From Leptolyngbyaceae cyanobacterium clean351 (GTDB lineage: Bacteria > Cyanobacteriota > Cyanobacteriia > DAIDHW01), in assembly GCA_027451865.1 (NCBI GenBank), contig DAIDHW010000003.1, positions 6,891 through 70,890 on the forward strand: a DNA stretch of 64,000 nucleotides, in the 5' to 3' direction. The position numbers and the translations under genes are program-made. Shown piece after piece: positions 27,614-37,017 of this stretch. Under the pieces are notes generated by a model. The model was not told the DNA's origin and searched no databases. It was given only the letters and a program-made list of their open reading frames with translations. Position 1 is the first letter of the stretch. Every line of letters begins with the position of its first letter.

Positions 27614-28270
27614 CTAGGGGGAGCTCATCAGGAGACCCTGGTAAACCTGAAAAAACTCCGCCGGGTCACTGTGCTCTCCCACGTGATGGCCCAAGACTAC
27701 CCCCTGTACCACTAGGGCTGCGAGCCACTCCAGGGATAGACCAGCGGCTAGGGAACCCCGGTCAGGGGGTAAGAAGGAGCGCAGGTTAATGCCCATAGCC
27801 GGTACCGGATTTTCCCAATTCACCCCCACCCCCACTACTGCCCATTGCTGGGGGCCCCAGGTATAGGTTTCTGTCAAGATGCCCCCAAGTTTTTGACCCC
27901 CTAGGATTAGGTCGTTGGGCCACTTGAGCTGGAGGGGAATCCCTTGGCGCTGGAGGACGGTGGCAATACCCCAGGCACTCCACAGGGTCAGCCACGCCCC
28001 TTGGTCCGGGGACAGGGCTAAACCCAAGGACAGGTAGAGGCCCCCGGGCAGAGACTCCCAGACCCGGCCCCGTTGGCCGCGACCGGCCGACTGTTCCCCA
28101 GCGATCACCACGGTACCCGAGGGTGCCCCCTGCCGCAGGAGCTGGGCAAGGGTAGTGTTAGTGGAGGGGAGGCTGGGGAAAAAATGGCAGTGAAACTCCT
28201 GGGCGTGGGGGGTAGGACACTGCCTGAGGTAGGCATAAAACTTTTCCTGGTCAAACTCTGGCGACGACAT
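27614..28270 (-). CDS. birA: Biotin--[acetyl-CoA carboxylase] ligase
   Basis: PSTN, QSAGRGQRGRVW, KWPND, KLGGILTE and GVGVN; start taken at ATG 28270 (uncertain). Confidence 0.9.
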   Translation of the reverse strand: MSSPEFDQEKFYAYLRQCPTPHAQEFHCHFFPSLPSTNTTLAQLLRQGAPSGTVVIAGEQSAGRGQRGRVWESLPGGLYLSLGLALSPDQGAWLTLWSAWGIATVLQRQGIPLQLKWPNDLILGGQKLGGILTETYTWGPQQWAVVGVGVNWENPVPAMGINLRSFLPPDRGSLAAGLSLEWLAALVVQGVVLGHHVGEHSDPAEFFQVYQGLLMSSP

Positions 28271-28423
28271 AAACCCCCTTAGCTGGCCCCGTCCCGGGCC
28301 GTGATGTTTTGGCATGGGATGAAGCTCAATCAACATACCCCCCTCCCTCCCTAAGGATGGGCCAGCCGGCCCTTAAGTTCCAGGGGCTATACTGGGCATG
28401 GATGGACCCGACCGACTTAACCT

Positions 28424-29929
28424 GTGACTGACCTGCGCACCTTTTTGAATCACCTTGAGCACCAGGGGCAGTTGCACCGGGTGAAGGTGCCCGTAAACCC
28501 CCACCTAGAGCTAGCGGAAATTGCTAACCGGCTACTGCAACAGGGGGGGCCAGCCCTCCTGTTCGAGCAGGTCCAGGGGTCCAACTACCCAGTGGCAATT
28601 AACGTCCTTGGCACCCTGGAACGGGTTTGCTGGGCCCTAGAGTGCCAGGGCTTAGGGGATCTAGAAACCCTAGGACGCAAGCTAGCACTTCTATACCAAA
28701 TGCGCCCCCCCCGCCAGCCCTCCCAGGCCCTAGAGTTGGGCCGGGCCCTGTGGGATGTGGTGCGGGCCAAACCGAGTCGCGATCTGTTCCCCCCCTGTCA
28801 GCAGGTGGTCTGCCAGGGGAAAGAAGTAGATCTAGACCAGCTACCCCTGCTGCGGGTTTATCCTGGGGATGCCGCGGCGGTGCTGACCCTCGGCCTGATG
28901 GTGACCCGTGACCCGGAAACCGGGGTACCAAACGTGGGGGTTTATCGGCTCCAGCGGCAATCGCCCCAGACCATGAGTGTCCAGTGGCTCTCGGTGCGCG
29001 GTCCTACCCGTCACCTGCGCAAGGCTGCTGAGCGGGGCCAGAGCCTGCCGGTGGCGGTGGCGGTGGGGGTCCATCCCCTGCTGATCATGGCAGCAGCCAC
29101 CCCCTTGCCTGTGGACTTGTCTGAGTGGCTGTTTGCTGGCCTGTACGCTGGAGTCGGGGTATCCTTAGCCCGGTGTAAGACCCTGGACCTGGAGGTACCT
29201 GCTAGTGCTGAGTTTGTCCTCGAGGGTACGATCACCCCAGGAGAAGTGGCCGAGGACGGCCCGGCGGGTGACCATATGGGCTTCTACGGGGGGGTTAATC
29301 CCCAGGCTCCCCTAATTCGCTTCCACTGCCTGACCCGTCGCCGGCAGCCTATTTACCTAACTACCTTCAGTGGCCGCCCTCCCAAGGAGGACGCCATGAT
29401 GGCCATTGCCCTTAACGCTATCTACACCCCTATCCTACGGCAGCAGATCCCGGAAATTGTCGACTTCTTCCTACCCATGGAGACCCTCAGCTACAAGGCA
29501 GCTATTATCTCCATTGACAAGACCTACCCAGGCCAAGCCCGGCGGGTAGCCCTGGCCTTCTGGTCTGCCCTGCCCCAGTTTACCTACACCAAGTTTGTGG
29601 TGGTCGTTGATAAATCCATCAATGTCCGAGACCCCCGCCAGGTAGTGTGGGCGATCGCTGCCCAGGTTGACCCAGCCCGGGATGTGTTTATTCTGCCTGA
29701 GACCCCCCTGGACCGGCTGGACTTCGCCACCGCTAAGGTGGGCTTGGGGGGACGCCTGGGGGTAGACGCTACCCGGAAAATCCCCCCGGAAACTGACCGG
29801 GACTGGGGAGTACCCCTAGAATCGGACCCGGAGACCGCTGCCCTAGTGGAGCGGCGCTGGCAGGAGTACGGCTTTGGGCCGTCTGGGGCCGTGACCCCAG
29901 ACCCACGCCTATTTGGCTATGACCTATAG
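28424..29929 (+). CDS. ubiD: UbiD-family decarboxylase
   Basis: GGPALLFE, NVGVYRLQ, DGPAGDHMGFY, GRPPKED and GGRLGVDAT. Confidence 0.92.
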   Translation: MTDLRTFLNHLEHQGQLHRVKVPVNPHLELAEIANRLLQQGGPALLFEQVQGSNYPVAINVLGTLERVCWALECQGLGDLETLGRKLALLYQMRPPRQPSQALELGRALWDVVRAKPSRDLFPPCQQVVCQGKEVDLDQLPLLRVYPGDAAAVLTLGLMVTRDPETGVPNVGVYRLQRQSPQTMSVQWLSVRGPTRHLRKAAERGQSLPVAVAVGVHPLLIMAAATPLPVDLSEWLFAGLYAGVGVSLARCKTLDLEVPASAEFVLEGTITPGEVAEDGPAGDHMGFYGGVNPQAPLIRFHCLTRRRQPIYLTTFSGRPPKEDAMMAIALNAIYTPILRQQIPEIVDFFLPMETLSYKAAIISIDKTYPGQARRVALAFWSALPQFTYTKFVVVVDKSINVRDPRQVVWAIAAQVDPARDVFILPETPLDRLDFATAKVGLGGRLGVDATRKIPPETDRDWGVPLESDPETAALVERRWQEYGFGPSGAVTPDPRLFGYDL

Positions 29930-30034
29930 GGGCAGCGCCTTCAAGATTTTTAATAAAATTTCTCATCTGGTCAGCTTAGGCTAGTCTTTCAGGGCTATTT
30001 CAGCGCCCCGGTATGCCCCTAGAGGACTTTTAAG

Positions 30035-30748
30035 ATGAGCAATTTAGCTACCCAACTGCGGGAGGGGACCAAAAAGTCCCACACCATGGCCGAAAATGTC
30101 GGTTTTGTGAAGTGCTTTTTGAAGGGGGTAGTAGAGAAGGATTCCTACCGCAAGCTGGTAGCTAATCTGTACTTCGTCTACAGCGCCATGGAGGAGGAGC
30201 TGGAGCGGCACCGCACCCACCCAGTCATCGGCCCGGTCTACTTCCCGGAACTCAACCGCAAAGCCAGCCTTGAGCAGGACTTGCTCTACTACTACGGGCC
30301 GGGCTGGCGCACCCAGGTTAACCCTTCGGCCGCCACCCAAACCTACGTCAAGCGGATTCGGGAGGTGAGCAACAGCGCCCCTGAGCTGCTGCTCGCCCAC
30401 ACCTACACCCGTTATCTCGGAGACCTCTCTGGAGGACAGATCCTCAAGGGCATTGCCCAGCGAGGGATGAACCTAACCGATGGTCAAGGGACCAACTTCT
30501 ACGAGTTCAGCGCGATCCCAGACGAGAAGGCCTTTAAGGCCACCTACCGCCAGACCCTAGACCAACTCCCCCTAGACGAGCCGGCCATCGCCAAGATCGT
30601 CGCCGAGGCTAACGCCGCCTTTGGCTTGAACATGGAGATGTTCAAAGAACTAGAGGGGAATTTGATTAAGGCGATTGGGGTAATGCTCTACAACAGTCTG
30701 GTCCGGCGGCGCACCCGCGGCAGCACCGAATTGGCCACGGCGGAATAA
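30035..30748 (+). CDS. ho1: Heme oxygenase 1
   Basis: LREGTKKSHTMAEN, HTYTRYLGDLSGGQIL and C-terminal GSTELATAE. Confidence 0.96.
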   Translation: MSNLATQLREGTKKSHTMAENVGFVKCFLKGVVEKDSYRKLVANLYFVYSAMEEELERHRTHPVIGPVYFPELNRKASLEQDLLYYYGPGWRTQVNPSAATQTYVKRIREVSNSAPELLLAHTYTRYLGDLSGGQILKGIAQRGMNLTDGQGTNFYEFSAIPDEKAFKATYRQTLDQLPLDEPAIAKIVAEANAAFGLNMEMFKELEGNLIKAIGVMLYNSLVRRRTRGSTELATAE

Positions 30749-30779
30749 GTTTGAGGCCGGCCACGGATGGGCGGGGTTC

Positions 30780-32723
30780 TTGTTACAATACTTAAAGTCA
30801 GTGTTGACAGCAAGGACCAGCCCAGTGTACCAACTCCCGCCGGCTTCTTCTCTTCCCCCCGCCACCAGCCCCGGGCCTGAGGCAAGTACCGCCGCCGCCC
30901 ACTACGACCCGGAAGCAATTACCGCCTTCTACCGCCGCCGCCCCGGCGAAGTGGTGCGCCGGGCCCTGCAAATCTGCTGGCCGGTGCTCGTGTTTCTCAC
31001 TTCCCTGTGGTGGGATGGCCGGACCGGCAGGCAGTGCCAAGCCCAGCGAGCCCGGGAACTTAAAGACCTGATTACCCGGCTCGGGCCAGCCTATATCAAG
31101 ATCGGCCAGGCCCTTTCCACCCGCCCGGATCTAGTACCGGGGGCTTACTTGGAAGAGCTTTCCCACCTGCAGGACCAGCTACCAGCCTTCCCCGATGAGC
31201 TGGCCTATCAGTTTGTCCGTGAGGAGCTCGGGGCAGAACCCCTGGAGCTTTATGCTGAACTTACCCCCAGTCCCATTGCTGCCGCCTCCCTGGGGCAAGT
31301 GTATAAGGGACGCCTCAAGAGCGGCGAAGCGGTAGCAGTGAAGGTGCAGCGCCCAGACCTGGCGCGCAAGATTGCCATCGATATCTACCTGCTGCGGACC
31401 CTGGCCGCCTGGGTCCAGGGTTGGTTCAAGCGCATCCGCAGTGACCTGGTAGGCATCATCGATGAATTTGCCCAGCGGATGTTTGAGGAGATGGACTACA
31501 ACCACGAGGGTCGTAACGCCGAGCGCTTTGCTGACCTGTACGGGCATATGAAGGATGTGTACGTACCCAAGATCTACTGGCAGTACACCCGCCGGCGGGT
31601 CCTGACCATGGAGTGGGTCGACGGGGTGAAGCTGACTAATCCCCAGAAAGTGCGCGACCTGGGGATCAACGCCAGCTACCTGATCGAGGTGGGGGTCCAG
31701 TGCACCCTGCGCCAGCTCCTCGAGTACGGCTTTTTCCATGCGGACCCCCACCCGGGGAACCTGCTTGCCACCCCGGACGGGAAGCTAGCCTACCTCGACT
31801 TTGGCATGATGAGCGAGATCGACCGCCGCCAGCGCTACGGCCTGATCGAAGCCATCGTCCACCTGGTGAACCGGGACTTCCCTGGGCTAGCCCAGGACTA
31901 CGTGCACCTAGAATTTCTCTCCCCCACCACAGACCTAACCCCGATTATTCCGGCCCTAGCCAAGGTATTTCATAACGCCCTGGGGGCGAGTGTGGCGGAA
32001 TTAAATATCAAAAGCATCACCGACCAGCTGTCGGATTTGATGTACGAGTACCCCTTCCGGGTCCCCGCCTTCTACGCCTTGATCATCCGCTCCCTGGTCA
32101 CCCTAGAGGGGATTGCCATCCACATCGACCCTCAATTTAAGGTCCTCAGCAAAGCCTACCCCTACGTGGCCAAGCGACTCCTAACGGACCCAGCCCCGGA
32201 ACTGCGCAGCTCCCTGCAGGACCTGCTGTTTCAAAACGGTAACTTTCGCTGGAACCGTCTGGAAAATCTCCTGCGCAATGCCCCCCACAGCGGAGAATTT
32301 GACTTTGACCAGGTCCTTGACCAAAGTGTGGAGTTCTTACTGTCTCCCCGGGGCAGCAGCATTCGGGAAAGCCTAGTGCGGGAAGTGGTCAAGAGTATTG
32401 ACCTGTGGTCCTGCAACCTAGTGGAGACCTCCCTGTGGTTAGTGCAGGAGCGTCTGGGACTGGCGGTTCACTATACCCCCATCCCAGTGCCGGAGCAGGA
32501 GGTCACTGAGAACTTACGGCGGCTCTGGGCAATTCTCAAGCAAATGCCGGGTTTTGAACCGATGCACCTAGTCAGCCTCCTAGCACAGGTCTTGGCCCGC
32601 TCAGAGGTGCACCAGATGGGCCGGGAGTTAGCCAGTGCCCTGGGCCAACGGGCCCTCTCACGCCTGATCCGGGGCCTGGTCCTCTCCAATGACCCGGACC
32701 TAGTCACCAAGACTGCCACCTAA
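30780..32723 (+). CDS. ABC1/UbiB-family atypical kinase
   Basis: LGPAYIKIGQALSTRPD, AAASLGQVY, VAVKVQRP, FFHADPHPGN and DFGM; start uncertain. Confidence 0.93.
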   Translation: MLQYLKSVLTARTSPVYQLPPASSLPPATSPGPEASTAAAHYDPEAITAFYRRRPGEVVRRALQICWPVLVFLTSLWWDGRTGRQCQAQRARELKDLITRLGPAYIKIGQALSTRPDLVPGAYLEELSHLQDQLPAFPDELAYQFVREELGAEPLELYAELTPSPIAAASLGQVYKGRLKSGEAVAVKVQRPDLARKIAIDIYLLRTLAAWVQGWFKRIRSDLVGIIDEFAQRMFEEMDYNHEGRNAERFADLYGHMKDVYVPKIYWQYTRRRVLTMEWVDGVKLTNPQKVRDLGINASYLIEVGVQCTLRQLLEYGFFHADPHPGNLLATPDGKLAYLDFGMMSEIDRRQRYGLIEAIVHLVNRDFPGLAQDYVHLEFLSPTTDLTPIIPALAKVFHNALGASVAELNIKSITDQLSDLMYEYPFRVPAFYALIIRSLVTLEGIAIHIDPQFKVLSKAYPYVAKRLLTDPAPELRSSLQDLLFQNGNFRWNRLENLLRNAPHSGEFDFDQVLDQSVEFLLSPRGSSIRESLVREVVKSIDLWSCNLVETSLWLVQERLGLAVHYTPIPVPEQEVTENLRRLWAILKQMPGFEPMHLVSLLAQVLARSEVHQMGRELASALGQRALSRLIRGLVLSNDPDLVTKTAT

Positions 32724-32727
32724 GGTA

Positions 32728-33504
32728 GTGACTAGGCGGCTGTGGCTGGTGGGGGGTACCACGGAGAGCGCCCAGTTGGCTCGCCAACTGGAGCAGGCCC
32801 AGACTCCCTGCACGATCACCGTCACCACTCCGACTGCTCTAGGTCTCTACCCCCCCTCACCTCACCTGCGTTGCCGAGTAGGGGCCCTTGACCCCCAGAC
32901 CATCGACCAGTTTATTCACCAGGAGGCCATCGCTGCTATCCTGGACCTTTCCCACCCCTTTGCCACCGCCATTTCCCAGCTGGCCCTGGACACCGCCGGG
33001 CGCTACGGGCTTCCCTACCTGCGCTACGAACGCCCGGGCCTAGCCCAAGACCAAGTTTTCCCCAGCTTTCGGGAGCTGCTTACTCTTAACCGGGCCCCTA
33101 CGGACCGGGTACTGCTGACCGTGGGCTACCGGCCTCTAGAGTTATTTGCCCCCTGGCAAGGGTGCTGCCTGCTGTTTGCCCGGATCCTTCCCTCTCCTAC
33201 CGCCCTAGCCGCGGCCCTAGCAGCCGGTTTTCCCCCCGAGCGCCTGATCGCCCTGCGTCCCCCCGTGGGCGCTCCCCTAGAGCGCTCTCTGGTACAGCAA
33301 TGGCAGATCACCCACTGGGTCACCAAGGCCTCCGGCGCCCCAGGGGGAGAGGCTACTAAGCGGCAGGTGGCCCAGGAGCTAGGGATACCCCTGCTGGTGG
33401 TGGCACGGCCCCCAGCTCTAGTAAATTATAGTACAGATAATCTGAATACAGCCTGGGAGTTTTGCCGCCAGCACCTCGGCTGGTATGATGGCCAGGGGGC
33501 GTGA
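32728..33504 (+). CDS. cbiJ: Cobalt-precorrin-6A reductase
   Basis: LVGGTTES, DLSHPFA, PYLRYERP and VTKASG..GG. Confidence 0.9.
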   Translation: MTRRLWLVGGTTESAQLARQLEQAQTPCTITVTTPTALGLYPPSPHLRCRVGALDPQTIDQFIHQEAIAAILDLSHPFATAISQLALDTAGRYGLPYLRYERPGLAQDQVFPSFRELLTLNRAPTDRVLLTVGYRPLELFAPWQGCCLLFARILPSPTALAAALAAGFPPERLIALRPPVGAPLERSLVQQWQITHWVTKASGAPGGEATKRQVAQELGIPLLVVARPPALVNYSTDNLNTAWEFCRQHLGWYDGQGA

Positions 33505-33515
33505 CTAGAAGTGCC

Positions 33516-35246
33516 ATGGTGCGAATTATCCAAAAGTACGGCGGCACCTCCGTAGGTTCCGTAGAACGGATCCAGGCGGTGGCCCAGCGGGTATGCCAGC
33601 AGGCCCGGCGGGGCGATGAGGTGGTGGTAGTGGTCTCGGCCATGGGTCATACCACAGATGAACTATTAGCTCTGGCGGAAGCGGTTACCCCTTGTCCTGG
33701 GGGACGGGAACTAGATATGCTCTTGGCCACCGGTGAACAGGTGTCCATGGCCCTGTTAGCCATGGCCCTCCAGGCCCTCGGGCAGTCGGCTATCTCTCTC
33801 ACCGGTGCCCAGGCGGGCATTATCACCCAGGCCGAGCACACCCGGGCCCGGATCCTACGGATTAATCCCCGGCGGGTGGAGCGGCACCTCCGCCAGGGCC
33901 AAGTGGTGGTTGTGGCGGGCTTCCAGGGGGTGACAGGAGTCGAGGAGCAGGAAATTATTACCCTGGGGCGGGGGGGGTCAGACACCTCAGCGGTGGCCCT
34001 GGCCGCAGCCCTCGGGGCAGAGCGCTGTGAAATTTACACCGATGTGGCCGGTATTTTCACCACAGACCCCCGTCTGGTACCCCAAGCTCGCTTGATTCCC
34101 GAGATTACCAGCGATGAGATGCTGGAGTTAGCCAGTCTCGGGGCCCAGGTACTCCACCCCCGAGCAGTAGAGATTGCCCGCAACTACGGCATTACCCTGG
34201 TGGTGCGTTCTAGCTGGACCGATGAACCGGGGACCCTGGTTTTGTCGGCCCCCGCCCTGGGCCGCTCCCTGGAGGGCCTAGAGACTGCCCAACCCGTAGA
34301 TGCAGTGGCGGTAGACCCGGACCAGGCTAAGGTCGCCCTGCTAGGGGTACCGGACCGGCCGGGGGTAGCAGCCCGCCTTTTCCACGGCATTGCTGACCAC
34401 GGTTTAGATGTGGACCTGATTATTCAGTCCGCCCACACCGGCAGCACCAATGATATTGCCTTTACGGTCCACCGCCGGGACCTCCCCCAGGTAAAAGCCC
34501 TTACCAGTCAGACCGGGATTGAGGTGGCAGTGGTGCCGGAGGTGGCCAAGGTGAGTATTTCTGGGGCCGGGATGATCGGCAGACCGGGGGTAGCCGCCCA
34601 GATGTTTGCCCTCCTGGCCGCGGCGGGGGTGAACATTGAGATGATCTCTACTTCGGAGGTGGAGATCAGCTGCGTAGTGAGTGCCGCCGACCTACAGCGG
34701 GCCTGGGAGAGCCTCGGTCAGGGTTTCGCCGTGCCTAAGGTGGGCTTAGGGCAGCGGTTACCTAGTAGTGCAGTAGTGCGGGGAGTAGCCCTAGACCAGC
34801 AGCAAACACGCCTGTCGATCCTAGAGGTGCCAGACCGGCCGGGGATGGCGGCCCAGATCTGCCAGTGTCTGGCGGGGGCGGGGATTAGCGTCGATATGAT
34901 TATCCAGTCCCAGGCGCGGCCGGGGCCGGGGGGGGTGATGCAGCAGGATATTGCCCTGACGGTCCAGCGGCGGGACGGGGCGGCGGCGGCAGCTCACCTA
35001 GAGCAGGCCTGCCTCGGCTGGGGCCCGGTGGTGATGGACTCCCAGATCGCCAAAGTGAGTATTGTGGGGGCGGGGATGGTGGGTCATCCGGGGACGGCGG
35101 CGCGGCTGTTTAGTGCCTTGGCTCAGGAACAAATCAACATCCAGATGATCGCCACCTCGGAAATCAAGATTAGCTGTGTGGTGCCGGAGGACCTGGGAGT
35201 GAAAGCTCTGCGGGCTGTTCATCGGGCCTTTGGTCTAGGTGGCTAG
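33516..35246 (+). CDS. lysC: Aspartate kinase (four ACT domains)
   Basis: [25 protein letters not shown] and YTDV; duplicated ACT pairs. Confidence 0.95.
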   Translation: MVRIIQKYGGTSVGSVERIQAVAQRVCQQARRGDEVVVVVSAMGHTTDELLALAEAVTPCPGGRELDMLLATGEQVSMALLAMALQALGQSAISLTGAQAGIITQAEHTRARILRINPRRVERHLRQGQVVVVAGFQGVTGVEEQEIITLGRGGSDTSAVALAAALGAERCEIYTDVAGIFTTDPRLVPQARLIPEITSDEMLELASLGAQVLHPRAVEIARNYGITLVVRSSWTDEPGTLVLSAPALGRSLEGLETAQPVDAVAVDPDQAKVALLGVPDRPGVAARLFHGIADHGLDVDLIIQSAHTGSTNDIAFTVHRRDLPQVKALTSQTGIEVAVVPEVAKVSISGAGMIGRPGVAAQMFALLAAAGVNIEMISTSEVEISCVVSAADLQRAWESLGQGFAVPKVGLGQRLPSSAVVRGVALDQQQTRLSILEVPDRPGMAAQICQCLAGAGISVDMIIQSQARPGPGGVMQQDIALTVQRRDGAAAAAHLEQACLGWGPVVMDSQIAKVSIVGAGMVGHPGTAARLFSALAQEQINIQMIATSEIKISCVVPEDLGVKALRAVHRAFGLGG

Positions 35247-36214
35247 CTAGGGGGTAAGCCCATGAGGTATAGCAGGGCCATCCGCACGGCCACCCCATTG
35301 GTGACCTGCTGCGACATCAGGCTGGTCTGGGGGTCGTCGAGGAGGTCAGAGCTCACCTCCACCCCCCGGTTAGCCGGACCCGGATGAAGCAGACGTACAC
35401 CCGGCCGGCAGACCCCCAGGCGCTCCCGGGTCAGACCGAAGTTCAGGTGATACTCCCGCAGGCTGGGGAAGAGGTTAGCATCCATGCGCTCCTGTTGCAG
35501 ACGCAGGGCCATGACAAAGTCAGCCCCCACTAGGGCCGGTTCTAGCTGCCAATGGACCTGGGGTCCTAGGTTCCTAAACAGAGCCGGCACCAGGGTAGGA
35601 GGGCCGGCTAGGTGCACCTCGGCCCCGCAGGCAGTCAGGCTCCAGAGGTTGGATCGGGCTACTCGGGAGTGGAGAATATCCCCGACAATAGCCACCTTCT
35701 TACCTCGGAGGAACTCTGCGGTTGGCCCCTCCGGGTCCGTCAGACTACAGATGGTAAATAGATCTAGGAGGGCTTGGGAGGGGTGTTCGTGGGCCCCGTC
35801 CCCAGCGTTGAGCACCCCTACCCCGGCCCCGAGGTGGTCAAGGGCAGTGGCGATGGCCTGGGGGACCCCTGCCTGGCGGTGGCGGATTACCATCAGGTTA
35901 GTGCCCATGGCTAGATAGGTTTTGGCGGTGTCTAGGATTGTTTCCCCCTTGGCGAGGGAGGAGCTAGCGGGGGCAAAGTTGAGAACGTCGGCGGATAGGC
36001 GCTTAGCAGCAAGCTCAAAGCTGCTGCGGGTGCGGGTAGAAGACTCAAAGAAGAGATTGGTCACCACCTGACCCTGGAGGGAGGGGACCCGCTTGGTACC
36101 CCGGGAGAGGACCTGCCGAAAGCTAGCGGCAGTTTGCAAGACGGTGTTGTACTCCGGGAGAGTGAAGTCTTGGAGGGAGAGAATGTGTCGACGATGCCAA
36201 GCAGATGTTACCAA
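35243..36214 (-). CDS. pyrB: Aspartate carbamoyltransferase catalytic subunit
   Basis: [33 protein letters not shown] and HPGP; GGGGAG SD-like sequence before the TTG start. Confidence 0.96.
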   Translation of the reverse strand: MVTSAWHRRHILSLQDFTLPEYNTVLQTAASFRQVLSRGTKRVPSLQGQVVTNLFFESSTRTRSSFELAAKRLSADVLNFAPASSSLAKGETILDTAKTYLAMGTNLMVIRHRQAGVPQAIATALDHLGAGVGVLNAGDGAHEHPSQALLDLFTICSLTDPEGPTAEFLRGKKVAIVGDILHSRVARSNLWSLTACGAEVHLAGPPTLVPALFRNLGPQVHWQLEPALVGADFVMALRLQQERMDANLFPSLREYHLNFGLTRERLGVCRPGVRLLHPGPANRGVEVSSDLLDDPQTSLMSQQVTNGVAVRMALLYLMGLPPS

Positions 36215-36239
36215 GGACAGCTCCCCAAAAAGTACCCGG

Positions 36240-36420
36240 CCCGTCGAGGTGGTTCCTCATTGACATCTTCCCTGACCTGAAGGCCGGAGATTCCTACAGC
36301 GCTCACCGCAGGCACGGCTGCGATAAGTCGCTTCGGTGGGTTCCTCGGCCGAGGGCGCCCTATCTCCAAGGGCGTTACTTGCGGCATGCCCTGCCGTAGG
36401 CCGGCGTGGTTGTTGCCGCC
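36240..36420 (-). ncRNA. Putative TnpB-type omega/reRNA: scaffold plus ~20-nt guide TGAGGAACCACCTCGACGGG
   Basis: ACGGCAGGGCATGCCG...AACGCCC..GGAG...GGAACCCACCGAAGCGACT...GTAGGAATC...GATGTCAA resembles tnpB 3'-end RNAs as I recall them; several hairpins; upstream TGCTATAAC extended -10. Confidence 0.55.
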
Positions 36421-36498
36421 AGATCGGTTATAGCACGCAACAACGAAGCCCGCGCTATTCTTCCCTGCCCTGAACAGCGGGGCTTGGCGTGCACCGGG
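36260..36498 (-). mobile_element. Non-autonomous IS200/IS605-family mini-element (both ends, no tnpA/tnpB)
   Basis: Two related subterminal hairpins share TCTTCCCTG(A/C)CCTGAA (36266-36281 and 36459-36474); the minus-strand right end reads GGAATCTCCGGCCTTCAGGTCAGGGAAGATGTCAA, ending in TCAA as in IS605 right ends; TTAAC precedes the left end. Confidence 0.8.
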
Positions 36499-36551
36499 GT
36501 TAAGTACCCGTTGAATATTAGGTCCTAGGCAAACCTTCCAGGTTCAACATA

Positions 36552-36929
36552 ATGGATCGAGGCTTTGCGAGCTGGGGATTTCTCGATGAACTAAGTGCCA
36601 CTCAAACTCCCTTTGTCATACGGATTAAAAACAACACGAGAACCGAGCTCGGCCATGAGCGCTATCGGGTCGCGTGGTTTTGTGACTTAGAACGTCGCCC
36701 AACCTTCAATCCTGGGCAAGTCATGACTATTAAGGTAGATGATACCCAGGTATACAGCTATCCCTTCCCCCGAATTGGCCAGTTTCAAACCATCAGGTTA
36801 CCCCTAGCTGCCCAGCCCGGCCCCCATCAGAAGATTGAACTTGCCTACCGTCACTCGGCTGCCTCTCCCCCTGACCCCCGCTCCTTGGCGGTCCTATTTG
36901 AGAAATTGAAAGTGACTGCTAGTCATTGA
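36552..36929 (+). pseudogene. Chimeric remnant: IS4-family transposase fragment (~36552-36692) fused to an unrelated C-terminal domain
   Basis: MDRGFASW.FLDELS...FVIRIKNN...ERYRV.WFCDLE resembles the DDE core of cyanobacterial IS4 transposases; the rest does not. Confidence 0.65.
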
Positions 36930-37017
36930 CCAGGGGATGTTCATCTGGGGAGACTATTCAGGAGCAGACCGAGGAGCCTGGTAGCCTATTGGTTTCTAGG
37001 GCGTGCCGACAGGATTC

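Noticed and set aside
30781-30800. GTTACAAT-AC-TTAAAGT as a second HLR1 site near the ABC1 kinase start
   Set aside because: The second half-site and the spacing fit the consensus poorly.
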